Shown here piece after piece: positions 48,151 through 58,759 of a stretch of 64,000 nt of DNA. The notes under the pieces are model-generated. The model made no database searches, was not told where the DNA came from, and saw only the letters and a program-made list of their open reading frames with translations. Position 1 is the stretch's first letter; every line of letters starts with the position of its first letter. This DNA comes from Candidatus Omnitrophota bacterium. GTDB lineage: Bacteria > Omnitrophota > Gorgyraeia > Aquiviventales > Aquiviventaceae. Position numbers and translations under genes: made by a program. The stretch lies in the NCBI GenBank assembly GCA_023247255.1, contig JAHFGV010000010.1, forward strand, positions 2,830 to 66,829. Reading direction: 5' to 3'.

Positions 48151-49590
48151 ATGACGTATGAGCAAGCCGTAGCTTATTTGGATGCGTTGACTAATTATGA
48201 GCGGCACCATGACAGCGAAGCGATGCGCGCGGTTCGGCTGGAACGGATGCAGGATTTGTGCCGGCTCTTAGGAGATCCCCAACGCCGTTTCCGATCCGTT
48301 CTGATTGCAGGAACCAACGGCAAAGGGTCCATAGCCGCCATGCTTTACTCCATGCTCCGGCAGAGCTCGCTTCGTGTCGGACTCTACACGTCACCCCACC
48401 TCGAAGATTTGCGTGAGCGGATTCGGGTTTGGGAAAGACCCGCTCTCTCGGCTGCTGTGTCGGTGCGACCTGTTTTCGGCAATGATTGGATCAGCGAGCA
48501 GGATTTTGCCTCAATGATGGAGGAGATTCGCACAGCGGTTGAAACGATGTCCAGCCGTTCGACGGAGAATCGCCCCACTTATTTCGAGGTCCTCACGGCT
48601 TGTGCATTTCTATACTTCAGCCGGCGCCAGGTTTCAGTGGCCGTGCTTGAAGTCGGCATGGGAGGACGCTTAGATGCCACGAATGTCGTGGAACAAGCCA
48701 TATCCCTGATCGGTCCCATTGACGTTGACCATGCCGACGTCTTAGGAACCGATCGGGATACCATCGCCCAGCAAAAGGCGGGGATTATCAAACCCAATCA
48801 AACGGTCATCACCTCGCCCCAAGATGAATCCGTGCTCCAGGTTCTTCGCCACTCTTGTGAGTCCCACGGGGTTGCCCTGTTTGTCTGCGGCAAGGATCTG
48901 AACGTGGAAATCGAAAACCATAGTCCTCAAGGGTTGGAGGTAGCCATCTTGGGCATCCGTGGGCTGTATCCGGGAATTCACATTCCACTGATCGGACGTC
49001 ATCAGGCGCAGAACGCGGCTGTGGCGGTGGCGGCTCTGGAAGGGCTTTCGAGTTTGGGAATCCCCCATTCGATGGTCGAGCGGGGCCTGGCAACAGTCTA
49101 CTGGCCGGGGAGGCTAGAGCAGGTTCATCATAGACCGCTCGTGTTGATGGATGGTGCGCACAATTCTCATGCCGCCCGAGCGTTAGGGAAAACGCTGACC
49201 GAGCTGTGGAAAGGTAGGCGCATCCATTTACTGTTGGGGCTTTCTTCGGACAAAACCGTCAACGCTATCGGTGAGTTGCTGGGTCGTCTAGCGGTGAGTG
49301 TGACATGTACTCAGAGTGATCATCCGCGAGCGATGGCTGCGCCGGTGCTCGCCGAGCATCTGACGCCCTTCTGTCAGGATGTCAGCGTGATGGCTAATCC
49401 GATAGACGCCTACACCTATCTTTTGAACGCCCTCGAACCCACCGACATGATCGTGGTGACTGGATCGTTCTTTCTCATCGGGCAGCTTCGGGCATCGCTC
49501 AGACACGCCCAGAACATTTCGCCCTGGGTCGCTGCTACGGATACGGGTGCCGAGCGGTCCTCGATGCACAACACTCCCGTCTTTCCTTGA
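48151..49590 (+). CDS. folC: Folylpolyglutamate synthase/dihydrofolate synthase
   Basis: AGTNGKGS, YTSPHL, EVGMGGRLDATN, WPGRLE, DGAHN. Confidence 0.95.
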   Translation: MTYEQAVAYLDALTNYERHHDSEAMRAVRLERMQDLCRLLGDPQRRFRSVLIAGTNGKGSIAAMLYSMLRQSSLRVGLYTSPHLEDLRERIRVWERPALSAAVSVRPVFGNDWISEQDFASMMEEIRTAVETMSSRSTENRPTYFEVLTACAFLYFSRRQVSVAVLEVGMGGRLDATNVVEQAISLIGPIDVDHADVLGTDRDTIAQQKAGIIKPNQTVITSPQDESVLQVLRHSCESHGVALFVCGKDLNVEIENHSPQGLEVAILGIRGLYPGIHIPLIGRHQAQNAAVAVAALEGLSSLGIPHSMVERGLATVYWPGRLEQVHHRPLVLMDGAHNSHAARALGKTLTELWKGRRIHLLLGLSSDKTVNAIGELLGRLAVSVTCTQSDHPRAMAAPVLAEHLTPFCQDVSVMANPIDAYTYLLNALEPTDMIVVTGSFFLIGQLRASLRHAQNISPWVAATDTGAERSSMHNTPVFP

Positions 49591-49648
49591 GCGGGTTGGA
49601 ATCGAGCGCACAGGATGATAGCGGGTAGGCGTATGGGGGAGGTCGGGC

Positions 49649-49867
49649 ATGCCATTTATAACCGTGGAGTGGTTGGCAGGACGCAGTGAAGTTCAGAAAC
49701 GACGAATCGCTGAGGTCTTGACCCAGGCTTTCGTCGACATTGCTCAGGTCTCCCGGGATCAGGTCTGGATCGTTTTCCGGGATGTTGCCAAATCCGATTG
49801 GGCTATGGCTGGTCAATTACTGGGACAAAAGACGAGGGACAGGAGAGAAGAAAAGAAAACAGCATAA
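49649..49867 (+). CDS. 4-oxalocrotonate tautomerase family protein
   Basis: N-terminal MP (catalytic Pro), GRSEVQKR, W.MAG. Confidence 0.88.
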   Translation: MPFITVEWLAGRSEVQKRRIAEVLTQAFVDIAQVSRDQVWIVFRDVAKSDWAMAGQLLGQKTRDRREEKKTA

Positions 49868-49961
49868 ACAGGGTTCGGGACTATCGGGAAATAGCGATTA
49901 CTCGCAGCTTGCAGCAATCCATCGGAACACTGACATCCGAGCCCATGTCAGGTCTCTCATC

Positions 49962-50765
49962 TTATTGCGGTGTGTTTAGGTAGTCGATATAGTCGGCGAC
50001 GCCGAAGAGTTCTTCTTTGACTGCGACGATTCGTTCCGGCACGAAAGGATGTGTCAGGGCATAATGAGGCCTAACCATGCCTCGGGGCAGGTAGTGGGGT
50101 TCTTCCCGATTCAGGTCGTGGAGTTTTTCCAAAAACGCAAGCATAGCTGTGGGATCGAATCCCGCAGCTTTCATATACCGAACCCCCAGTCGGTCAGCTT
50201 CTAGTTCCTCCTCCCGCGCATAGGCCAACCGAGTGGCCTGCAGGGCGATGCTGGTTCCCTGAAGGACCTGGGGCTGTCGTATCGCTAAGCTTGCCAATTG
50301 CACCAACTGCATTCCCAATCCGCTTTCGTAGCGTTTGACCGCATGACGGGCGGTGATATGCGCAATCTCATGCGCGATCACGCCGGCCAACTCATCGTCA
50401 TTGTCGGTATGTTGGATCAGCGCATCATGGATGAACACATATCCTCCAGGCAAGGAGAAGGCGTTGACCTGTTCAGCCTTCACCACCGCAAATTGATAGA
50501 CCAGCTCTTTCCGATCGCAGACAGCCACCAGACGCTGGCCGATCGTTCGCACCTTTTCCTGCAACGTTTCATCGGTGACCAGTGGCGTTTCATCGAGAAT
50601 ACGCTGAGCCAGGTTACGTCCCATGCTTACTTCCTTGGAAGTGGAGGTGATGGTGTAGTCTTGGGTGTGGGTAGCCGGATTGAAGTGTGTTTGAACGCAG
50701 CCAGTGAGCCAGAGGGTGGTGTATCCCAATCCAGGGAGGATGAGCGAGAGACCTATCCGGTTCAT
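49962..50765 (-). CDS. M48 family metallopeptidase lipoprotein
   Basis: Lipobox LTGC; NAFSLPGG, HEIAH, ELEAD, THP. Confidence 0.9.
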   Translation of the reverse strand: MNRIGLSLILPGLGYTTLWLTGCVQTHFNPATHTQDYTITSTSKEVSMGRNLAQRILDETPLVTDETLQEKVRTIGQRLVAVCDRKELVYQFAVVKAEQVNAFSLPGGYVFIHDALIQHTDNDDELAGVIAHEIAHITARHAVKRYESGLGMQLVQLASLAIRQPQVLQGTSIALQATRLAYAREEELEADRLGVRYMKAAGFDPTAMLAFLEKLHDLNREEPHYLPRGMVRPHYALTHPFVPERIVAVKEELFGVADYIDYLNTPQ

Positions 50766-50778
50766 ACCGGGTGAGAAA

Positions 50779-51255
50779 TTACGGCAGGCCCCTCTTGAGC
50801 ATGCGCTCAAGGGCTGGACCCATGACTGTCAATAAGAAGATGGAAATCAAGGCGATGATAATGACGAAGAGACTCCAGATGATCTTTGCCGTCTTGGAAA
50901 ACCGCGGGCTCTGCCATAACAAGGGCAGGGCCATGGGGCCTACGGTAATCAACAGGACGATGACATACCAGGCTCGATCCCCCGACAGCAGGGGTCGGGC
51001 GACACCGGCCGTCTGCTGATAGGCGTCCACAATAGCAGAAACCCACACCACGACATACACGACACCCAGCATGATCACGCTTAACAGCGAACGGAACATT
51101 GAAGGGCCGAAGAGGGCCATGCCGATTCCCCATGCAATTCCGACGCTGATGCACAACAAGGCAATTCCCTTGGCCCGGTCGCCTTGATAAAACTGTCCCA
51201 GGCCGGGCAATAACGACGAGAGAATCGCAGCGAGAATCGGTGAGCGCTGGCTCAT
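50779..51255 (-). CDS. TM2-like small membrane protein
   Basis: AAILSSLLPGLGQFYQG motif, several TM segments. Confidence 0.75.
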   Translation of the reverse strand: MSQRSPILAAILSSLLPGLGQFYQGDRAKGIALLCISVGIAWGIGMALFGPSMFRSLLSVIMLGVVYVVVWVSAIVDAYQQTAGVARPLLSGDRAWYVIVLLITVGPMALPLLWQSPRFSKTAKIIWSLFVIIIALISIFLLTVMGPALERMLKRGLP

Positions 51256-52325
51256 GAAGAAAGATACTCCTCACGGTAGATCCTTGCCAAAGCGAAGAAA
51301 AGAGACAACAGGGTGGGTGCCAGCACAATACCCATCAGGCCATAGACCCTTAGGCCGCCCAGGATTCCGAAGAACAGAAGCAGATAAGGAAGCTTGGTCT
51401 TTTCACCGATTAAAAGAGGTTTTAATAGATTATCGAGCAGACTGATCCCGAATGTTCCAGCGACCAACAACACGATTGCTTTATTCCATTGCTGGCTGGT
51501 AGCTAGGTAAACGACCACCGGCATCCAAATACATGCCGCCCCAGCAACCGGTATCAGCGTCGCTAAGAATGTGGCAGCAGCTAAAAGCATGGGGATCGGA
51601 ATACCCAGAACCCAGAAGATCAGTCCCGCCAAGACGGCTTGCGCCAGGCTTGTCAACAACTGACCGCGGATGACTGCTGAGAGCGTATCGTTGATTTGCT
51701 TGAACATGATCTTCTTGTTGCGTTCCTCCAAAGGCACCAAGTGGTAGATAAAACGATAGATTGCTTCGCCGTGTCTTAAGAACGCGAAAACCAAAAACAT
51801 CGTCAGGGACGCATTCAAGATGACAAACAGCACATTCTTTGTGATGGTCAACGCTTGCTCTTTAGCCAGATTCCCAATCGCCCGGGAGGTGTCCAGAAGC
51901 CAACCTGCGAGTTGTTCCTTAAACGTACCGCTGTGTAACAGGTGCGTTTCGATAAAGTGTATTATAGGAAGCGTTCGAATGCGTTGCACGATTGGTTCCA
52001 ATTGTCCTTGTTGAATGGTGGTCGAAACCGATTCATACAGCTCAACCGCTTGGAGGGCTACTTTGGAAAACATGATCATCAGCGGTGGTACCACAACCAA
52101 TACGATCAGGATAGTCGTGGCCAAGGCAGCGACCGTTGGGTAGTTTACCCAACGCCGCAGGTCGGTGTAGAGAGGATAAAATCCAAATGCCAGAATGGCT
52201 GACCAGAAAATCGCTTGGATAAAGGGTGAGAAAATGAGAAAGACTTGAGAGATGACAAACACTAAAAGGGCGATGAAGAACCAAAAGACGAGCTTATGAC
52301 GGGTCATGATAAAGCTTGTGAGCAC
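51252..52325 (-). CDS. AI-2E family transporter
   Basis: IRGQLLT, LIPVAG, DNLLKPLLIG, GILGG..GIVLAP. Confidence 0.9.
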   Translation of the reverse strand: MLTSFIMTRHKLVFWFFIALLVFVISQVFLIFSPFIQAIFWSAILAFGFYPLYTDLRRWVNYPTVAALATTILIVLVVVPPLMIMFSKVALQAVELYESVSTTIQQGQLEPIVQRIRTLPIIHFIETHLLHSGTFKEQLAGWLLDTSRAIGNLAKEQALTITKNVLFVILNASLTMFLVFAFLRHGEAIYRFIYHLVPLEERNKKIMFKQINDTLSAVIRGQLLTSLAQAVLAGLIFWVLGIPIPMLLAAATFLATLIPVAGAACIWMPVVVYLATSQQWNKAIVLLVAGTFGISLLDNLLKPLLIGEKTKLPYLLLFFGILGGLRVYGLMGIVLAPTLLSLFFALARIYREEYLSS

Positions 52326-52512
52326 ACCGGTTGTGGGGACGTAAGCTGTGTCCGTCTTAAGAGGCGTGCGATGGTATTAGTGTATCAAGTTCTCTGGGTT
52401 TGAAAAGGGTAAATTCCTAAAAAACGGCTAACTCGCCGTTTTTTAGGATAGGTCTCGAAGAGAGATGTGGAGAGGCAAGTTGCAAATCGGGTCAGATGAG
52501 CGGTCGGACCTT

Positions 52513-52610
52513 GCATGGCCAAAGGGTTCCTTTTGCTTTCCATGACTCATGACACATGAAACATGACACAACACTCGGTCGACGCGTTGGCTATTTTTGA
52601 AAAAGCCCAG
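52513..52610 (-). repeat. CATG-heptamer modular MITE, copy D (partial)
   Basis: Partial core module plus ACACTCGGTCGACGCGTTGGCTATTTTTGAAAAAGCCCAG end, directly before the trxB RBS. Confidence 0.85.
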
Positions 52611-52629
52611 TTGTAAGGAGGATGTTTCT

Positions 52630-53577
52630 ATGTCAGAACAGGTAGTCATCATCGGTTCCGGTCCGGCTGGGCACACAGCGGCGATTTATACCGCTCGAGC
52701 GAACTTGCAACCGGTTCTATTTGAAGGATTCAGCGTTGGCGGGATTCCAGGGGGACAGCTCATGACGACAACGGATGTGGAAAATTACCCTGGTTTTCCT
52801 CAAGGTGTCCAAGGGCCCGTTTTGATGGAGGCTTTCCGAGCACAATCCGTTCGGTTTGGCACACGCCTCTTGAACGAAGACGTTACTCATGTCGAGCTTG
52901 CCAGCCGTCCTTTTCAGGTCGCTTCGGCACAGCATCAACTGAAAACCAACAGCCTCATCATTGCAACCGGAGCCACTGCCAAGCGACTGGAACTTCCCAG
53001 TGAAAATCGACTCTGGAATAGAGGAATCTCCGCTTGTGCCGTGTGTGATGGAGCGCTTCCCATCTTTCGAGGCAAGGAGTTAGTTGTGGTGGGAGGGGGA
53101 GACTCTGCCGCTGAAGAATCGACCTACCTGACCAAGTTTGCTGCGAAGGTTTATCTCATCCACCGTCGGGATCAATTGCGTGCGTCCCGGATTATGCAAC
53201 AGCGGGTGCTTCATAATCCTAAGATTGGCGTTCTGTGGAATACCGTTGTGGAAGACGTGGTGGGGGAGGAGCTCGTGCGTGGTGTGCGTTTGCGTGATGT
53301 GAAGACGAATCAAATCCGGGAACTTCCTTGCGGAGGGCTTTTCTACGCCATTGGATTCACCCCGAATACCGCTTTGTTCAAAGGACAACTGGAGCTGGAT
53401 GCGGCCGGCTACCTTGTGACACAGCCGGGTTCCACCCACACTTCTGTACCTGGCGTTTTTGCCTGCGGGGATGTCCAGGACAAGCGCTATCGACAGGCTA
53501 TCACTGCGGCAGGAAGCGGTTGTATGGCTGCGATGGACTGCGAGCGCTGGCTCACCGAGCAGGATCGTGTAGTGTAG
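52630..53577 (+). CDS. trxB: Thioredoxin reductase
   Basis: [33 protein letters not shown]. Confidence 0.96.
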   Translation: MSEQVVIIGSGPAGHTAAIYTARANLQPVLFEGFSVGGIPGGQLMTTTDVENYPGFPQGVQGPVLMEAFRAQSVRFGTRLLNEDVTHVELASRPFQVASAQHQLKTNSLIIATGATAKRLELPSENRLWNRGISACAVCDGALPIFRGKELVVVGGGDSAAEESTYLTKFAAKVYLIHRRDQLRASRIMQQRVLHNPKIGVLWNTVVEDVVGEELVRGVRLRDVKTNQIRELPCGGLFYAIGFTPNTALFKGQLELDAAGYLVTQPGSTHTSVPGVFACGDVQDKRYRQAITAAGSGCMAAMDCERWLTEQDRVV

Positions 53578-53671
53578 ATTGGAAATCACGTAATTTTTTG
53601 GTATCGACTTTGTTGAATAGGAAAACGCATCGCAGCTTGACGCAACCAGGGATCCTGTGACGTAAGGGACT

Positions 53672-54007
53672 CTAGAACCGATGTTCGGATTGGGAGAGAA
53701 CCTGCTGGTGGAAAGTCGCCCACCAGTCAAGAAGCCATTGGGCCAGACGGCGGTTCTGGTCAGGCCACAACGGTCTTTCTAGATTGTCGGATTCTACTGC
53801 CCAGAGATAATCCGTAAGATCCTCCACACTACAGCCGTGACTGAGCATGTGATAGACGTCTGTAGCATAGCGGTTGGCTTCCTCACAGACAAAGGGCATG
53901 TCGGGCATTTCTTGCATACCAAAAAGGGACTTGTGTTGAAGGAGCACCCGCAGCTCCTTCAGTTGCGTCATCGTCAAGGATTTCGCTTGTTTCTTCCACC
54001 GCTCCAT
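53672..54007 (-). CDS. Hypothetical protein
   Basis: 111-aa helical ORF. Confidence 0.55.
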   Translation of the reverse strand: MERWKKQAKSLTMTQLKELRVLLQHKSLFGMQEMPDMPFVCEEANRYATDVYHMLSHGCSVEDLTDYLWAVESDNLERPLWPDQNRRLAQWLLDWWATFHQQVLSQSEHRF

Positions 54008-54162
54008 CGCGCACCGCTTCCCCGCACGCTGGGCATTCCTCACTGTCAAGTGTACCCGACCCTTCTTTTATTGACAAAAAATCTGTGAAATAGGCATTCC
54101 TTTAAGCAAAATTAAGCGATTCTTGGGCAAGGTGACTGTCACCCATGGGACAGGGATACGTG

Positions 54163-54237
54163 TTACACCCACAACTGGCGATCGAGGCTGCGGTACTGGA
54201 TGGCTTCCGCGATGTGCTCAGACTGAATGATGTCTGT
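54163..54237 (-). pseudogene. comM: 3' remnant of a comM/yifB Mg-chelatase-like ATPase
   Basis: Minus strand reads DIIQSEHIAEAIQYRSLDRQLWV*, typical of the ComM/YifB C-terminus; no upstream body. Confidence 0.7.
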
Positions 54238-54293
54238 CGTTTGAATCCAAGACCACGCTCTGTCATTGAAAACGCTTGACTGGGATGGAATCA

Positions 54294-54320
54294 GTGTTAT
54301 TATTTATAAAAACGTGCCAC
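54294..54320 (+). promoter_or_regulatory. NikR operator-like site over the nikR promoter
   Basis: GTGTTAT-N13-GTGCCAC; TTGACT at 54276. Confidence 0.55.
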
Positions 54321-54321
54321 A

Positions 54322-54741
54322 ATGCCATCCTTGACCCGTTTTGGCGTGTCCTTAGATCGCAAGCTGCTCCAGGCGCTCGATCAGTGGTTGCAGCGCAAAG
54401 GCTGTGCCAGCCGGTCACAAGCGATCGGGGAGCTCATCCGGGGAGCCCTGGTAAAGGAAGAGTGGCGGACGGAACAGGGTATCGTGGTTGGGACCTTGAC
54501 GCTCGTCTACAATCCGACCCATCATGTGCTGAGTCATACCTTGACGAAAACTCAGCATGCACATCACGCTGCCATTATCTCAGCGCAGCACATCCATCTG
54601 GATGAGCATCACTGCCTTGAGGTTATCGTGCTCAAAGGCCAGGTGAGAGAGATTCAGATACTAGCGGATCACCTCCGTTCGTTGAAGGGTGTCAAGCACG
54701 GCCAGTTCATTATGACGACCTCCGGCGCAGCGCTGCCCTAA
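54322..54741 (+). CDS. nikR: Nickel-responsive regulator NikR
   Basis: RFGVSLD ribbon-helix-helix; QH..HIHLDEHHCLEVIV. Confidence 0.93.
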   Translation: MPSLTRFGVSLDRKLLQALDQWLQRKGCASRSQAIGELIRGALVKEEWRTEQGIVVGTLTLVYNPTHHVLSHTLTKTQHAHHAAIISAQHIHLDEHHCLEVIVLKGQVREIQILADHLRSLKGVKHGQFIMTTSGAALP

Positions 54742-54764
54742 CCAGGTTTTTCTTTTGGAAATGG

Positions 54765-54812
54765 GTAACACGAGATAAGAATAAGTAACACGATCCATCC
54801 CCATCGTGCTAC
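54765..54812 (+). promoter_or_regulatory. NikR operator-like half-site array before nikM
   Basis: GTAACAC-N13-GTAACAC-N14-GTGCTAC. Confidence 0.6.
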
Positions 54813-54883
54813 GAGGGTCTCGAACCTTGACCCGAGCGTGAAAAAGAAGATTGCGGTAGAACCCACATGGAGACAGCGGATAC

Positions 54884-55594
54884 ATGCACATTCCCGATGG
54901 CTATTTAGGCCCACAGACGTACGGGACGTTGTTCGGCGTTATGATGCCGGTGTGGTCCTGGGCCTCGCGCAAGGTACGGCAGGCCCTGGACGTCGAGCAG
55001 GTGCCGCTGTTGGCTCTTGGCGCTGCGTTCACGTTCGTGATCATGATGTTCAACGTGCCGATTCCCGGAGGCACAACCGGGCATGCGGTTGGCGCCACGC
55101 TCGTGGCAATCGTCTTAGGTCCCTGGGCCGCGGTTCTGGCCGTCTCCATGGCGCTCGTCGTTCAGGCCCTCCTGTTCGCAGACGGCGGCGTGACAGCGAT
55201 CGGCGCGAACTGTTTCACCATGGCCTTCGCCATGCCGGTGGTGGGCTACGGCGTCTATCGGCTGCTTACCGCGGGAGGTTCGGTGACCGTGCGGCGTCGT
55301 AGTATGGCGGCAGCAGTCGCCGGGTATGTCTCGCTGAACGTGGCCGCACTCCTGACGGCAGTCGCGCTGGGACTACAGCCCATACTGGCGCACCGGCTGG
55401 ATGGCGCACCACTCTACTGCCCCTATTCCCTCCACGTCACCGTGCCGGCGATGCTCGCGGGACATCTGCTCGTATTTGGATGGATCGAGGGTATTGTGAC
55501 GGGAATGGTCGTGTCGTCTCTCTTGAAGGTCGATCCCTCACTCTTTGCGGCAAGTCGCAAGAAATTCCTCTCACCACGGAGGAGCGCCTCATGA
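54884..55594 (+). CDS. nikM: ECF Ni/Co transporter S component NikM/CbiM
   Basis: N-terminal MHIPDGYL, GGTTGHAVG, FADGGVTA; downstream of nikR. Confidence 0.88.
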   Translation: MHIPDGYLGPQTYGTLFGVMMPVWSWASRKVRQALDVEQVPLLALGAAFTFVIMMFNVPIPGGTTGHAVGATLVAIVLGPWAAVLAVSMALVVQALLFADGGVTAIGANCFTMAFAMPVVGYGVYRLLTAGGSVTVRRRSMAAAVAGYVSLNVAALLTAVALGLQPILAHRLDGAPLYCPYSLHVTVPAMLAGHLLVFGWIEGIVTGMVVSSLLKVDPSLFAASRKKFLSPRRSAS

Positions 55595-55923
55595 AAACCC
55601 CCATGAAGTTCTGGGTTTGCCTGGGGATACTGATCCTTCTGACTCCGCTCGGTTTGTTAGCCAAAGGCACGGCGTGGGGTGAGTGGGCCTCTGAAGAATT
55701 GGCGGCTCAGATCGGCTTCATTCCGGATGGCCTCAAGCGCCTTGAAACATTCTGGGAGGCTACGTTTCCTGGCTATACCGTTTTTGGATGGGGAGAGTCC
55801 TGGCAAGTCAGCGTTGGCTACATCCTCTCAGCGCTCGTGGGGGTGGGGGTGATAGTTTTGCTGACCCTGGCGCTTGGGAAGTGCCTCCTCTCGCGGAAGC
55901 GAAAATCTCACCATGAACCCTGA
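55591..55923 (+). CDS. PDGLE-domain auxiliary subunit (NikN-like)
   Basis: AWGEW, PDGLKRL, two TM segments. Confidence 0.8.
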   Translation: MKTPMKFWVCLGILILLTPLGLLAKGTAWGEWASEELAAQIGFIPDGLKRLETFWEATFPGYTVFGWGESWQVSVGYILSALVGVGVIVLLTLALGKCLLSRKRKSHHEP

Positions 55924-56845
55924 TTGGCTTGTGACATCGTCAGACGCGTGGGCATCCTGTCCATGCTGCCAGGTGAGGACCGGCAGGTCGAATTTCATCT
56001 GCCGCACGCTTGAAGGGTTCAGCGCGTTCTGCCAGGAAACGTTTCGGGCCAAGGATACAGCAATGGCACCGGGCCTCCTCCAAGCCATCGATCCGCGGGT
56101 GAAGCTCCTCACGTTTCTCGGATGGCTCCTATTCACGACCTGGGTTCACAGGTTTGATATCCTTGTGGGTCTCTATAGCTTCACCCTCGCGCTCGCCATG
56201 TTCTCTAGGATTCCACTGACGCGATTCATTCTACGGACCTGGCTGTTTATACCCCTATTCACCGGAATTATGGTCCTTCCGACGCTGTGTAACTTTGTCA
56301 CGCCTGGCGAGCCCATCTGGATGCTCGCACAGTTCGCGCACCCGGTCAGGATCGGTCCTTGGGTTCTTCCTGACGTTATCGCAGTGACTCGGCAGGGGCT
56401 CATGGTTGCCAGCGGTCTTGTGATGCGTGTCGCCACGGCGGTGTCGTGGGTGACCCTCCTCACCTTGACCACCCCAGGGGACCGTTTGCTCCATACGCTC
56501 CAGGTGCTGCGCGTGCCGCAGACGTTTCTCATGGTGCTCGGTCTTATGCACCGGTATCTGCATCGGCTCGTTCGGGAGGCAGAGGAGCTTCACCTGGCCA
56601 TGCAAAGCCGGATCATGTGCACTCCAATGGTCAGGACCGGACAACGGCTCGTCGCCACCCGCGTGGGGGTGCTGCTTCGCAAGTCGTTAGGTCTCTCTCA
56701 AGAAGTGTACCAAGCCATGTGCGCCCGCGGGTATACCGGTGAAGTGCGGCTGCTCCATACCCCCTCCGTTACAGGGACGGATTACGCCTGGCTCGTTGGG
56801 AGCTTCATCCTGCTCGGAGCTGTCATGTGGTTGAGTCAACGATAG
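55913..56845 (+). CDS. ECF T component NikQ/CbiQ
   Basis: IDPRVKL, LRVP, MQSR, AMCARGY motifs. Confidence 0.88.
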   Translation: MNPDWLVTSSDAWASCPCCQVRTGRSNFICRTLEGFSAFCQETFRAKDTAMAPGLLQAIDPRVKLLTFLGWLLFTTWVHRFDILVGLYSFTLALAMFSRIPLTRFILRTWLFIPLFTGIMVLPTLCNFVTPGEPIWMLAQFAHPVRIGPWVLPDVIAVTRQGLMVASGLVMRVATAVSWVTLLTLTTPGDRLLHTLQVLRVPQTFLMVLGLMHRYLHRLVREAEELHLAMQSRIMCTPMVRTGQRLVATRVGVLLRKSLGLSQEVYQAMCARGYTGEVRLLHTPSVTGTDYAWLVGSFILLGAVMWLSQR

Positions 56846-56855
56846 AGATCCCAGT

Positions 56856-57707
56856 ATGGAGCCTAGCATCTTTGAATTCACGCACGTCAGTTTTGCGTAT
56901 CAAGGAATCCATCCCGCTCTCTCGGATGTGTCGCTTGAGATTCGATCCCGACAGCGACTCGCCTGCCTCGGGGCCAATGGCTCGGGGAAGTCCACTCTCC
57001 TCAAGCTCCTGGGAGGATTGCTCGTTGCCCAGCAGGGGGAGGTCCGGTTCTTGGGCCAGCCGCTCGCCGATGCAACGCTGCGCGATCCTGAGTTCAACCG
57101 CTTCTTTCGGACCAAAGTCGGCTTGGTGTTCCAGAATTCCCACGCGCAGCTTTTCTCCTCCACGGTCTGGGAGGAGATTGCGTTTGGGCCGCTCCAGCTC
57201 GGCCTGCCAAAGGCTACAGTGGAGCAGCGGGTTCAGGACCTCTTGCGTCTGTTGCGGATCGAACGGCTGCGCGATCGCTCTCCAGAGCAACTGAGTGGTG
57301 GGGAACAGAAGCGGCTCGCCATTGCCGCGGTGTTGGCGAGCAACCCGGACATCCTTCTGATGGATGAACCGACGGCCACGCTCGATCCCAGAAGCCGGTG
57401 GGAATTGGTCGATCTCGTGGTAGAGCTCCAGGCCATGGGCAAAACGGTCGTCACGGCCACCAACGACCTGGAGATTGTGCCACTGATCGCCGAAGAGCTC
57501 TACATCCTGGATGAGCGCAAGACGATTCTCGCGGCCGGAGCGACGCCAGTTCTCCTCGGCAATGAGGCGGTGCTCGAGCAGGCCAACCTGATCCACATCC
57601 ACACCCACACCCATCGGCAGACGCAGCACCGGCATTCCCATCAGCATCCGGCGATATTGCCTGAGCACCATCCTGGATCCAGCAGCGCACAGGACAGAAA
57701 ACCGTAA
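56856..57707 (+). CDS. ECF ATPase NikO/CbiO with His-rich tail
   Basis: GANGSGKS, LSGGEQKR, MDEPTATLD; HIHTHTHRQTQHRHSHQH. Confidence 0.9.
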   Translation: MEPSIFEFTHVSFAYQGIHPALSDVSLEIRSRQRLACLGANGSGKSTLLKLLGGLLVAQQGEVRFLGQPLADATLRDPEFNRFFRTKVGLVFQNSHAQLFSSTVWEEIAFGPLQLGLPKATVEQRVQDLLRLLRIERLRDRSPEQLSGGEQKRLAIAAVLASNPDILLMDEPTATLDPRSRWELVDLVVELQAMGKTVVTATNDLEIVPLIAEELYILDERKTILAAGATPVLLGNEAVLEQANLIHIHTHTHRQTQHRHSHQHPAILPEHHPGSSSAQDRKP

Positions 57708-57742
57708 TATTTTTTTGGAATAGGGTGTTACTGATTTAATAA

Positions 57743-57978
57743 CTGAGCTTTTGCAAAATGCATCGAGATTAGTGGCAGTGCTCACGTCTGTTTCATGAGT
57801 CATGTGTTATGTGTCATGAAAAAGCAGAAAATAAACAGGCATATCAGGCATGGCCAAAGTGCTCTTTTTGCTTTCCATGAGTCATGACACATGAAACATG
57901 ACACAGACGTGAGTAGTGGATCTTAGGAACATGACACAACACTCGGTCAACGCGTTGGCTATTTTTGCAAAAGCCCAG
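57743..57978 (-). mobile_element. CATG-heptamer modular MITE, copy E (both ends, non-matching flanks)
   Basis: CTGAGCTTTTGCAAAATG ... TTTTTGCAAAAGCCCAG; flanks TAATAA / TTATGA. Confidence 0.88.
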
Positions 57979-58222
57979 TTATGATTAAGGAGCTCGCCGC
58001 GCTTGTCGGCGTGAGTCAGGCGATGATCGACTGGGAACTTGGGAACTCAGGAACGTGAAGCCAACAGGGAAAGGAATCAAGGGATTGAAAGAGGTGTTGA
58101 ATCTCGGCGCTCCATAGGATTTACTTGTTGCATTGCGAATCGGACGTCTCCCATTCCCGTTCCCGTTGACTTGTCAGGCTTGACGAATCAAGCGTCGCCT
58201 TGTAAGATGGCCTTAAGTAGCT

Positions 58223-58654
58223 ATGGCTAAACATCGAAGCGTAAGACGGCTCAAAGCAGTTTCTGCGCGGACGGCAATTGTCGTTAGCTTTGCCTTTTTG
58301 ACGGCTACCAACTATTGCAGCCTGGAAGCATTCGCAGAGCAGGTTGAAAGTTCCCACCATCACGAAGAGGCTGCGCCTCATTCCCACGATGAAGGGTCCT
58401 CGATACCAGGCCATGACCAAGACTCCTGTTGCGCGACTCTTCAGGTAATTGTTACTCCAACCATACGCCTTCATCTCGTTCATCCCAGCACAGTGGCGTT
58501 GCCGTTCTTGGCTCTGTCTACCTCGAGGACAACGACAGTCACTGACGTCGCTCATGTTGCCAGCGGCCTAAGTCCTCCCGCACGAGAACCGACGACCCTA
58601 CCGTTCTACCGCACGACGTTTGCCAGCCACGCTCCGCCGATTCGTCTCGCCTAG
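58223..58654 (+). CDS. His/Cys-rich small protein of the type preceding metal-handling operons
   Basis: TM segment, HHHEE..HSHD..DSCC, C-terminal HAPP. Confidence 0.65.
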   Translation: MAKHRSVRRLKAVSARTAIVVSFAFLTATNYCSLEAFAEQVESSHHHEEAAPHSHDEGSSIPGHDQDSCCATLQVIVTPTIRLHLVHPSTVALPFLALSTSRTTTVTDVAHVASGLSPPAREPTTLPFYRTTFASHAPPIRLA

Positions 58655-58759
58655 ACTGACGCTCTAGCTCGTCGAGCGTCACGTTGCGTAGTCCCTCGTT
58701 TTACCTAACGAAGTGTCATTTTGCTCAAAGTCTATCGTGGATGAGTAGGCCGGATCGCT

